Assembly (NCBI GenBank): GCA_964016885.1
Contig: CAXHJY010000397.1
Span: 186,001 to 250,000 of the forward strand
Direction: 5' to 3'
Origin: Eledone cirrhosa
Lineage: Eukaryota
DNA length: 64,000 bases
Below are positions 1-11,770 of this stretch, in pieces (within the stretch, counting starts at the first letter, position 1; every line of letters starts with the position of its first letter). Both the position numbers and the translations under genes were made by a program. The notes beneath the pieces are model-generated. The model was not told the DNA's origin. It was given only the letters and a program-made list of their open reading frames with translations, and did no database searches.

Positions 1-3000
1 GCTTAGCTTAGCTTAGCTTAGGATAGATTAGCTTAGCTTAGGATAGCTTAGCTTAGCTTAGCTTAGGAAAGCTTAGCTTAGCTTAGGATAGCTTAGTTTA
101 GCTTAGCTTAGGAGAGCTTAGCTTAGCTTAGGATAGCTTAGCTTAGCTTAGCTTAGGATAGCTTAGCTTAGCTTAGCTTAGGTAGCTTAGCTTAGCTTAG
201 CTTAGGATAGCTTAGCTTAGCTTAGCTTAGCTTAGGATAGCTTAGCTTAGCTTAGCTTAGGAGAGCTTAGCTTAGCTTAGCTTAGGATAGCTTAGGATAG
301 CTTAGCTTAGGATAGCTTAGGATAGCTTACCTTAGGAGAGCTTAGCTTAGGATAGCTTAGCTTAGGATAGCTTAGGATAGCTTAGCTTAGGATAGCTTAG
401 CTTAGGATAGCTTAGCTTAGGATAGCTTAGGATAGCTTAGCTTAGCTTAGCTTAGGATAGCTTAGCTTAGCTTAGCTTAGCTTAGGATAGCTTAGCTTAG
501 GTTAGCTTAGCTTAGCTTAGCTTAGCTTAGGATAGCTTAGCTTAGGATAGCTTAGGATAGCTTAGGATAGCTTAGCTTAGGATAGCTTAGCTTAGGATAG
601 CTTAGGATAGCTTAGCTTAGGATAGCTTAGGATAGCTTAGCTTAGGATAGCTTAGCTTAGGATAGCTTAGGATAGCTTAGCTTAGCTTAGCTTAGGATAG
701 CTTAGCTTAGCTTAGCTTAGGATAGCTTAGCTTAGCTTAGGATAGCTTAGCTTAGCTTAGCTTAGGATAGCTTAGGATAGCTTAGCTTAGGATAGCTTAG
801 GATAGCTTAGCTTAGGATAGCTTAGGATAGCTTAGGATAGCTTAGCTTAGCTTAGCTTAGGATAGCTTAGCTTAGCTTAGCTTAGGATAGCTTAGCTTAG
901 CTTAGCTTAGGATAGCTTAGCTTAGCTTAGGATAGCTTAGCTTAGCTTAGCTTAGGATAGCTTAGCTTAGCTTAGCTTAGGACAGCTTAGCTTAGCTTAG
1001 CTTAGGATAGCTTAGCTTAGCTTAGGATAGCTTAGCTTAGCTTAGCTTAGGATAGCTTAGCTTAGCTTAGCTTAGGATAGCTTAGCTTAGGATAGCTTAG
1101 CTTAGGATAGCTTAGCTTAGGTTAGCTTAGCTTAGCTTAGGATAGCTTAGGATAGCTTAGCTTAGGATAGCTTAGCTTAGCTTAGCTTAGCATAGCTTAG
1201 CTTAGCTTAGCTTAGGATAGCTTAGCTTAGCTTAGCTTAGGATAGCTTAGCTTAGCTTAGCTTAGGATAGCTTAGCTTAGGATAGCTTAGGATAGCTTAG
1301 CTTAGCTTAGGATAGCTTAGCTTAGCTTAGCTTAGGATAGCTTAGCTTAGCTTAGGATAGCTTAGCTTAGCTTAGCTTAGGATAGCTTAGCTTAGCTTAG
1401 CTTAGGATAGCTTAGCTTAGCTTAGCTTAGGATAGCTTAGGATAGCTTAGGATAGCTTAGCTTAGCTTAGCTTAGGATAGCTTAGCTTAGCTTAGCTTAG
1501 GATAGCTTAGCTTAGCTTAGGATAGCTTAGCTTAGCTTAGGATAGCTTAGCTTAGCTTAGCTTAGGATAGCTTAGCTTAGCTTAGCTTAGGATAGCTTAG
1601 CTTAGCTTAGCTTAGGATAGATTAGCTTAGCTTAGGATAGCTTAGCTTAGCTTAGCTTAGGAAAGCTTAGCTTAGCTTAGGATAGCTTAGCTTTGCTTAG
1701 CTTAGGATAGCTTAGGATAGCTTAGCTTAGGATAGCTTAGAATAGCTTAGCTTAGGATAGCTTAGGATAGCTTAGGTTAGGATAGCTTAGCTTAGGATAG
1801 CTTAGGATAGCTTAGCTTAGCTTAGCTTAGGATAGCTTAGCATAGCTTAGGATAGCTTAGCTTAGCTTAGGATAGCTTAGCTTAGCTTAGGATAGCTTAG
1901 CTTAGCTTAGCTTAGGATAGCTTAGCTTAGCTTAGCTTAGGATAGCTTAGCTTAGCTTAGCTTAGGATAGCTTAGGATAGCTTAGCCTAGCTTAGCTTAG
2001 GATAGCTTAGCTTAGCTTAGCTTAGGATAGCTTAGCTTAGCTTAGGATAGCTTAGCTTAGCTTAGCTTAGGATAGCTTAGCTTAGGATAGCTTAGCTTAG
2101 CTTAGTTTAGGATAGCTTAGCTTAGGATAGCTTAGCTTAGCTTAGGATAGCTTAGCTTAGCTTAGCTTAGGATAGCTTAGCTTAGCTTAGCTTAGGATAG
2201 CTTAGCTTAGCTTAGCTTAGGATAGCTTAGCTTAGCTTGGCTTAGGATAGCTTAGCTTAGCTTAGCTTAGGATAGCTTAGCTTAGCTTAGCTTAGGATAG
2301 CTTAACTTAGCTTAGGATAGCTTAGCTTAATTTAGGATAGCTTAGCTTAGCTTGGCTTAGGATAGCTTAGCTTAGCTTAGCTTAGGATAGCTTAGGATAG
2401 CTTAGGATAGCTTAGCTTTGCTTAGCTTAGGATAGCTTAGCTTAGCTTAGCTTAGGATAGCTTAGCTTAGCTTAGCTTAGGATAGCTTAGCTTAGCTTAG
2501 GATAGCTTAGCTTAGCTTAGCTTAGGATAGCTTAGCTTAGCTTAGCTTAGGATAGCTTAGCTTAGCTTAGCTTAGGATAGCTTAGCTTAGCTTAGCTTAG
2601 GATAGATTAGCTTAGCTTAGGATAGCTTAGCTTAGCTTAGCTTAGGAAAGCTTAGCTTAGCTTAGGATAGCTTAGTTTAGCTTAGCTTAGGAGAGCTTAG
2701 CTTAGCTTAGGATAGCTTAGCTTAGCTTAGCTTAGGATAGCTTAGCTTAGCTTAGCTTAGGTAGCTTAGCTTAGCTTAGCTTAGGATAGCTTAGCTTAGC
2801 TTAGCTTAGCTTAGGATAGCTTAGCTTAGCTTAGCTTAGGAGAGCTTAGCTTAGCTTAGCTTAGGATAGCTTAGGATAGCTTAGCTTAGGATAGCTTAGG
2901 ATAGCTTACCTTAGGAGAGCTTAGCTTAGGATAGCTTAGCTTAGGATAGCTTAGGATAGCTTAGCTTAGGATAGCTTAGCTTAGGATAGCTTAGCTTAGG

Positions 3001-4400
3001 ATAGCTTAGGATAGCTTAGCTTAGCTTAGCTTAGGATAGCTTAGCTTAGCTTAGCTTAGGATAGCTTAGCTTAGGTTAGCTTAGCTTAGCTTAGCTTAGC
3101 TTAGGATAGCTTAGCTTAGGATAGCTTAGGATAGCTTAGGATAGCTTAGCTTAGGATAGCTTAGCTTAGGATAGCTTAGGATAGCTTAGCTTAGGATAGC
3201 TTAGGATAGCTTAGCTTAGGATAGCTTAGCTTAGGATAGCTTAGGATAGCTTAGCTTAGCTTAGCTTAGGATAGCTTAGCTTAGCTTAGCTTAGGATAGC
3301 TTAGCTTAGCTTAGGATAGCTTAGCTTAGCTTAGCTTAGGATAGCTTAGGATAGCTTAGCTTAGGATAGCTTAGGATAGCTTAGCTTAGGATAGCTTAGG
3401 ATAGCTTAGGATAGCTTAGCTTAGCTTAGCTTAGGATAGCTTAGCTTAGCTTAGCTTAGGATAGCTTAGCTTAGCTTAGCTTAGGATAGCTTAGCTTAGC
3501 TTAGGATAGCTTAGCTTAGCTTAGCTTAGGATAGCTTAGCTTAGCTTAGCTTAGGACAGCTTAGCTTAGCTTAGCTTAGGATAGCTTAGCTTAGCTTAGG
3601 ATAGCTTAGCTTAGCTTAGCTTAGGATAGCTTAGCTTAGCTTAGCTTAGGATAGCTTAGCTTAGGATAGCTTAGCTTAGGATAGCTTAGCTTAGGTTAGC
3701 TTAGCTTAGCTTAGCTTAGGATAGCTTAGGATAGCTTAGCTTAGGATAGCTTAGCTTAGCTTAGCTTAGCATAGCTTAGCTTAGCTTAGCTTAGGATAGC
3801 TTAGCTTAGCTTAGCTTAGGATAGCTTAGCTTAGCTTAGCTTAGGATAGCTTAGCTTAGGATAGCTTAGGATAGCTTAGCTTAGCTTAGGATAGCTTAGC
3901 TTAGCTTAGCTTAGGATAGCTTAGCTTAGCTTAGGATAGCTTAGCTTAGCTTAGCTTAGGATAGCTTAGCTTAGCTTAGCTTAGGATAGCTTAGCTTAGC
4001 TTAGCTTAGGATAGCTTAGGATAGCTTAGGATAGCTTAGCTTAGCTTAGCTTAGGATAGCTTAGCTTAGCTTAGCTTAGGATAGCTTAGCTTAGCTTAGC
4101 TTAGGATAGCTTAGCTTAGCTTAGGATAGCTTAGCTTAGCTTAGCTTAGGATAGCTTAGCTTAGCTTAGCTTAGGATAGCTTAGCTTAGCTTAGCTTAGG
4201 ATAGATTAGCTTAGCTTAGGATAGCTTAGCTTAGCTTAGCTTAGGAAAGCTTAGCTTAGCTTAGGATAGCTTAGCTTTGCTTAGCTTAGGATAGCTTAGG
4301 ATAGCTTAGCTTAGGATAGCTTAGGATAGCTTAGCTTAGGATAGCTTAGGATAGCTTAGGTTAGGATAGCTTAGCTTAGGATAGCTTAGGATAGCTTAGC
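1..4400 (+). repeat. Tandem duplication, period about 2579 bp (module A)
   Basis: ATTAG 27/2606, GAAAG 67/2646, TTTAG 97/2676, GAGAG 112/2691, GTAG 182/2761, CTTAC 326/2905, GACAG 981/3555, CATAG 1191/3770, CTTTG 1691/4275, GTTAG 1776/4360. Confidence 0.92.
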
Positions 4401-7400
4401 TTAGGATAGCTTAGGATAGCTTAGCTTAGGATAGCTTAGGATAGCTTAGCTTAGGATAGCTTAGCTTAGGATAGCTTAGGAAAGCTTAGCTTAGCTTAGC
4501 TTAGGATAGCTTAGCTTAGCTTAGCTTAGGATAGCTTAGCTTAGCTTAGCTTAGGATAGCTTAGGATAGCTTAGCTTAGGATAGCTTAGGATAGCTTAGC
4601 TTAGGATAGCTTAGCTTATGATAGCTTAGGATAGCTTAGCTTAGGATAGCTTAGGATAGCTTAGCTTAGGATAGCTTAGCTTAGGATAGCTTAGGATAGC
4701 TTAGCTTAGCTTAGCTTAGGATAGCTTAGCTTAGCTTAGCTTAGGATAGCTTAGCTTAGCTTAGCTTAGGATAGCTTAGCTTAGCTTAGGATAGCTTAGG
4801 ATAGCTTAGCTTAGGATAGCTTAGGATAGCTTAGCTTAGGATAGCTTAGGATAGCTTAGCTTAGGATAGCTTAGGATAGCTTAGCTTAGGATAGCTTAGC
4901 TTAGGATAGCTTAGCTTAGCTTAGCTTAGGATAGCTTAGCTTAGGATAGCTTAGGATAGCTTAGCTTAGGATAGCTTAGCTTAGGATAGCTTAGGATAGC
5001 TTAGCTTAGCTTAGCTTAGGATAGCTTAGCTTAGCTTAGCTTAGGATAGCTTAGCTTAGCTTAGCTTAGGATAGCTTAGCTTAGCTTAGCTTAGGATAGC
5101 TTAGGATAGCTTAGCTTAGCTTAGCTTAGCTTAGGATAGCTTAGCTTAGCTTAGCTTAGGATAGCTTAGCTTAGCTTAGCTTAGGATAGCTTAGCTTAGC
5201 TTAGCTTAGGATAGCTTAGCTTAGATTAGCTTAGGATAGCTTAGCTTAGCTTAGCTTAGGATAGCTTAGGTTAGCTTAGGATAGCTTAGCTTAGGATAGC
5301 TTAGCTTAGGATAGCTTAGCTTAGGTTAGCTTAGCTTAGCTTAGGATAGCTTAGGATAGCTTAGCTTAGGATAGCTTAGCTTAGCTTAGGATAGCTTAGC
5401 TTAGCTTAGGATAGCTTAGCTTAGCTTAGCTTAGCTTAGGATAGCTTAGCTTAGGATAGCTTAGGATAGCTTAGCTTAGCTTAGGATAGCTTAGCTTAGC
5501 TTAGCTTAGGATAGCTTAGCTTAGCTTAGCTTAGGATAGCTTAGGATAGCTTAGCTTAGCTTAGCTTAGGATAGCTTAGCTTAGCTTAGCTTAGGATAGC
5601 TTAGCTTAGCTTAGCTTAGGATAGCTTAGCTTAGCTTAGGATAGCTTAGCTTAGCTTAGGATAGCTTAGCTTAGCTTAGCTTAGGATAGCTTAGCTTAGC
5701 TTAGGATAGCTTAGCTTAGCTTAGGATAGCTTAGCTTAGCTTAGCTTAGGATAGCTTAGCTTAGCTTAGCTTAGGATAGCTTAGCTTAGCTTAGCTTAGG
5801 ATAGCTTAGCTTAGCTTAGGATAGCTTAGCTTAGCTTAGGATAGCTTAGCTTAGCTTAGCTTAGCTTAGCTTAGGATAGCTTAGCTTAGCTTAGCTTAGG
5901 ATAGCTTAGCTTAGCTTAGCTTAGGATAGCTTAGCTTAGCTTAGCTTAGGATAGCTTAGCTTAGCTTAGGATAGCTTAGCTTAGCTTAGCTTAGGATAGC
6001 TTAGCTTAGCTGAGCTTAGGATAGCTTAGGATAGCTTAGCTTAGGATAGCTTAGGATAGCTTACCTTAGGAGAGCTTAGCTTAGGAAAGCTTAGCTTAGG
6101 ATAGCTTAGGATAGCTTAGCTTAGGATAGCTTAGCTTAGGATAGCTTAGCTTAGGATAGCTTAGGATAGCTTAGCTTAGCTTAGCTTAGGATAGCTTAGC
6201 TTAGCTTAGCTTAGGATAGCTTAGCTTAGCTTAGCTTAGGATAGCTTAGCTTAGCTTAGCTTAGGATAGCTTAGGATAGCTTAGCTTAGGATAGCTTAGG
6301 ATAGCTTAGCTTAGGATAGCTTAGGATAGCTTAGCTTAGGATAGCTTAGCTTAGGATAGCTTAGGATAGCTTAGCTTAGCTTAGCTTAGGATAGCTTAGG
6401 ATAGCTTAGCTTAGGATAGCTTAGGATAGCTTAGCTTAGGATAGATTAGGATAGCTTAGCTTAGGATAGTTTAGGATAGCTTAGCTTAGGATAGCTTAGC
6501 TTAGGATAGCTTAGCTTAGCTTAGGATAGCTTAGCTTAGCTTAGGATAGCTTAGCTTGGGATAGCTTAGGATAGCTTAGCTTAGGATAGCTTAGCTTAGG
6601 ATAGCTTAGGATAGCTTAGCTTAGCTTAGCTTAGGATAGCTTAGCTTAGCATAGCTTCGGATAGCTTAGCTTAGCTTAGGATAGCTTAGCTTAGCTTAGC
6701 TTAGGATAGCTTAGCTTAGCTTAGCTTAGGATAGCTTAGCTAAGCTTAGCTTAGGATAGCTTAGCTTAGCTTAGAATAGCTTAGCTTAGGATAGCTTAGC
6801 TTAGGATAGCTTAGCTTAGGATAGCTTAGGATAGCTTAGCTTAGGATAGCTTAGGATAGCTTAGCTTAGGATAGCTTAGCTTAGCTTAGCTTAGGATAGC
6901 TTAGCTTAGCTTAGGATAGCTTAGCTTAGCTTAGCTTAGGATAGCTTAGCTTAGGATAGCTTAGGAAAGCTTAGCTTAGCTTAGCTTAGGATAGCTTAGC
7001 TTAGCTTAGCTTAGGATAGCTTAGCTTAGCTTAGGATAGCTTAGCTTAGCTTAGGATAGCTTAGCTTAGCTTAGCTTAGGATAGCTTAGCTTAGCTTAGC
7101 TTAGGATAGCTTAGCTTAGCTTAGCATAGGATAGCTTAGCTTAGCTTAGCTTAGGATAGCTTAGCTTAGCTTAGCTTAGGATAGCTTAGCTTAGGATAGC
7201 TTAGCTTAGCTTAGCTTAGGATAGCTTAGCTTAGCTTAGCTTAGGATAGCTTAGCTTAGCTTAGCTTAGGATAGCTTAGCTTAGCTTAGCTTAGGATAGC
7301 TTAGCTTAGATTAGCTTAGGATAGCTTCGCTTAGCTTAGCTTAGGATAGCTTAGCTTAGTTTAGGAAAGCTTAGCTTAGCTTAGCTTAGGATAGCTTAGC

Positions 7401-8849
7401 TTAGCTTAGGATAGCTTAGCTTAGCTTAGGATAGCTTAGCTTAGCTTAGCTTAGGATAGCTTAGCTTAGCTTAGCTTAGGATAGCTTAGCTTAGCATAGG
7501 ATAGCTTAGCTTAGCTTAGCTTAGGATAGCTTAGCTTAGCTTAGCTTAGGATAGCTTAGCTTAGGATAGCTTAGCTTAGCTTAGCTTAGGATAGCTTAGG
7601 ATAGCTTAGCTTAGGATAGCTTAGCTTAGGATAGCTTAGGAAAGCTTAGCTTAGCTTAGCTTAGGATAGCTTAGCTTAGCTTAGCTTAGGATAGCTTAGC
7701 TTAGCTTAGCTTAGGATAGCTTAGGATAGCTTAGCTTAGGATAGCTTAGGATAGCTTAGCTTAGGATAGCTTAGCTTAGGATAGCTTAGCTTAGGATAGC
7801 TTAGGATAGCTTAGCTTAGGATAGCTTAGGATAGCTTAGCTTAGCTTAGCTTAGGATAGCTTAGCTTAGCTTAGCTTAGGATAGCTTAGCTTAGCTTAGC
7901 TTAGGATAGCTTAGGATAGCTTAGCTTAGGATAGCTTAGGATAGCTTAGCTTAGGATAGCTTAGGATAGCTTAGCTTAGGAAGCTTAGGATAGCTTAGCT
8001 TAGGATAGCTTAGCTTAGAATAGCTTATCTTAGCTTAGCTTAGCTTAGGATAGCTTAGGATAGCTTAGCTTAGGATAGCTTAGCTTAGCTTAGCTTAGGA
8101 TAGCTTAGCTTAGCTTAGGATAGCTTAGCTTAGCTTAGCTTAGAATAGCTTAGCTTAGCTTAGGATAGCTTAGCTTAGCTTAGCTTAGGATAGCTTAGCT
8201 TAGCTTAGGATAGCTTAGCTTAGCTTAGCTTAGGATAGCTTAGCTTAGCTTAGCTTAGCTTAGGATAGCTTAGGATAGCTTAGCTTAGGATAGCTTAGCT
8301 TAGGTTAGCTTAGCTTAGCTTAGCTTAGGATAGCTTAGGATAGCTTAGCTTAGGATAGCTTAGCTTAGCTTAGCTTAGGATAGCTTAGCTTAGCTTAGCT
8401 TAGGAGAGCTTAGCTTAGCTTAGCTTAGGATAGCTTAGCTTAGGATAGCTTAGGATAGCTTAGCTTAGCTTAGGATAGCTTAGCTTAGCTTAGCTTAGGA
8501 TAGCTTAGCTTAGCTTAGGATAGCTTAGCTTAGCTTAGCTTAGGATAGCTTAGCTTAGCTTAGCTTAGGATAGCTTAGCTTAGCTTAGCTTAGGATAGCT
8601 TAGCTTAGCTTAGGATAGCTTAGGATAGCTTAGGATAGCTTAGCTTAGCTTAGGATAGCTTAGCTTAGCTTAGCTTATGATAGCTTAGCTTAGCTTAGCT
8701 TAGGATAGCTTAGCTTAGCTTAGGATAGCTTAGCTTAGCTTAGCTTAGGATAGCTTAGCTTAGCTTAGCTTAGGATAGCTTAGCTTAGCTTAGCTTAGGA
8801 TAGATTAGCTTAGCTTAGCTTAGGATAGCTTAGCTTAGCTTAGCTTAGG

Positions 8850-11770
8850 ATAGCTTAGCTTAGCTTAGCTTAGGATAGCTTAGCTTAGCTTAGGATAGCT
8901 TAGCTTAGCTTAGCTTAGGATAGCTTAGCTTAGCTTAGGATAGCTTAGCTTAGCTTAGCTTAGCTTAGGAGAGCTTAGCTTAGCTTAGCTTAGGATAGCT
9001 TAGCTTAGCTTAGCTTAGGATAGCTTAGCTTAGCTTAGGATAGCTTAGCTTAGCTTAGCTTATCTTAACTTAGGATAGCTTAGCTTAGCTTAGCTTAGGA
9101 TAGCTTAGCTTAGCTTAGCTTAGGATAGCTTAGGATAGCTTAGCTTAGGATAGCTTAGGATAGCTTACCTTAGGATAGCTTAGCTTAGGATAGCTTAGCT
9201 TAGGATAGCTTAGGATAGCTTAGCTTAGCTTAGCTTAGGATAACTTAGCTTAGCTTAGCTTAGGATAGCTTAGCTTAGCTTAGCTTAGGATAGCTTAGCT
9301 TAGCTTAGGATAGCTTAGCTTAGCTTAGCTTAGGATAGCTTAGCTTAGCTTAGCTTAGGATAGCTTAGCTTAGGATAGCTTAGCTTAGGATAGCTTAGCT
9401 TAGGATAGCTTAGGATAGCTTAGCTTAGGATAGCTTAGGATAGCTTAGCTTCGGATAGCTTAGCTTAGCTAAGGATTGCTTAGCTTAGGATAGCTTAGGA
9501 TAGCTTAGCTTATCTTAGCTTAGGATAGCTTAGCTTAGCTTAGGATAGCTTATCTTAGCTTAGGATAGCTTAGCTTAGCTTAGGATAGCTTAGCTTAGCT
9601 TAGGATAGCTTAGCTTAGCTTAGCTTAGGATAGCTTAGCTTAGCTTAGCTTAGGATAGCTTAGCTTAGCTTAGCTTAGGATAGCTTAGCTTAGCTTAGCT
9701 TAGGATAGCTTAGCTTAGCTTAGCTTAGGAGAGCTTAGCTTAGCTTAGCTTAGGATAGCTTAGCTTAGCTTAGGATAGCTTAGCTTAGCTTAGCTTAGGA
9801 TAGCTTAGCTTAGCTTAGTTTAGGATAGCTTAGCTTAGCTTAGCTTAGCTTAGGATAGCTTAGCTTAGCTTAGCTTAGCTTAGGATAGCTTATCTTAGCT
9901 TAGGATAGCTTAGCTTAGCTTAGCTTAGGATAGCTTAGCTTAGCTTAGGATAGCTTAGCTTAGCTTAGCTTAGGATAGCTTAGCTTAGCTTAGCTTAGGA
10001 TAGCTTAGCTTAGCTTAGCTTAGCTTAGGATAGTTTAGCTTAGCTTAGCTTAGCTTAGGATAGCTTAGCTTAGCTTAGGATAGCTTAGGATAGCTTAGCT
10101 TAGGATAGCTTAGCATAGCTTAGCTTAGGATAGCTTAGCTTAGGATAGCTTAGCTTAGGATAGCTTAGGATAGCTTAGCTTAGCTTAGCTTAGGATAGCT
10201 TAGCTTAGCTTAGCTTAGGATAGCTTAGCTTAGCTTAGCTTAGGATAGCTTAGGATAGCTTAGCTTAGGATAGCTTAGGATAGCTTAGCTTAGGAAAGCT
10301 TAGGATAGCTTAGCTTAGGATAGCTTAGGATAGCTTAGCTTAGGATAGCTTAGGATAGCTTAGCTTAGCTTAGCTTAGGATAGCTTAGCTTAGCTTAGCC
10401 TAGGTAGCTTAGCTTAGCTTAGCTTAGGATAGCTTAGGATAGCTTAGCTTAGGATAGCTTAGGATAGCTTAGCTTATGATAGCTTAGCTTAGGATAGCTT
10501 AGGATAGCTTAGCTTAGGATAGCTTAGCTTAGGATAGCTTAGCTTAGGATAGCTTAGGATAGCTTAGCTTAGCTTAGCTTAGGATAGCTTAGCTTAGCTT
10601 AGGATAGCTTAGCTTAGCTTAGCTTAGCTTAGGATAGCTTAGCTTAGCTTAGCTTAGGATAGCTTAGCTTAGCTTAGCTTAGGATAGCTTAGGATAGCTT
10701 AGCTTAGGATAGCTTAGGATAGCTTAGCTTAGGATAGCTTAGGATAGCTTAGCTTAGGATAGCTTAGGATAGCTTAGCTTAGGATAGCTTAGGATAGCTT
10801 AGCTTAGCTTAGCTTAGGATAGCTTAGCTTAGCTTAGCTTAGGTAGCTTAGCTTAGCTTAGCTTAGGATAGCTTAGGATAGCTTAGCTTAGGATAGCTTA
10901 GCTTAGCTTAGGATAGCTTAGCTTAGCTTAGCTTAGGATAGCTTAGCTTAGCTTAGCTTAGGATAGCTTAGCTTAGCTTAGGATAGCTTAGCTTAGCTTA
11001 GCTTAGGATAGCTTAGCTTAGCTTAGGATAGCTTAGCTTAGCTTAGCTTAGCTTAGGAGAGCTTAGCTTAGCTTAGCTTAGGATAGCTTAGCTTAGCTTA
11101 GCTTAGGATAGCTTAGCTTAGCTTAGGATAGCTTAGCTTAGCTTAGCTTATCTTAGCTTAGGATAGCTTAGCTTAGCTTAGCTTAGGATAGCTTAGCTTA
11201 GCTTAGCTTAGGATAGCTTAGGATAGCTTAGCTTAGGATAGCTTAGGATAGCTTACCTTAGGATAGCTTAGCTTAGGATAGCTTAGCTTAGGATAGCTTA
11301 GGATAGCTTAGCTTAGCTTAGCTTAGGATAACTTAGCTTAGCTTAGCTTAGGATAGCTTAGCTTAGCTTAGCTTAGGATAGCTTAGCTTAGCTTAGGATA
11401 GCTTAGCTTAGCTTAGCTTAGGATAGCTTAGCTTAGCTTAGCTTAGGATAGCTTAGCTTAGGATAGCTTAGCTTAGGATAGCTTAGCTTAGGATAGCTTA
11501 GGATAGCTTAGCTTAGGATAGCTTAGGATAGCTTAGCTTCGGATAGCTTAGCTTAGCTAAGTATTGCTTAGCTTAGGATAGCTTAGGATAGCTTAGCTTA
11601 GCTTAGCTTAGGATAGCTTAGCTTAGCTTAGGATAGCTTATCTTAGCTTAGGATAGCTTAGCTTAGCTTAGGATAGCTTAGCTTAGCTTAGGATAGCTTA
11701 GCTTAGCTTAGCTTAGGATAGCTTAGCTTAGCTTAGCTTAGGATAGCTTAGCTTAGCTTAGCTTAGGATA
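8850..11770 (+). repeat. Direct repeat of about 0.8 kb at 2088-bp offset (within module B)
   Basis: GAGAG 8969/11057, CTTAC 9164/11252, GATAA 9239/11327, CTTCG 9449/11537, CTAAG 9469/11557. Confidence 0.88.
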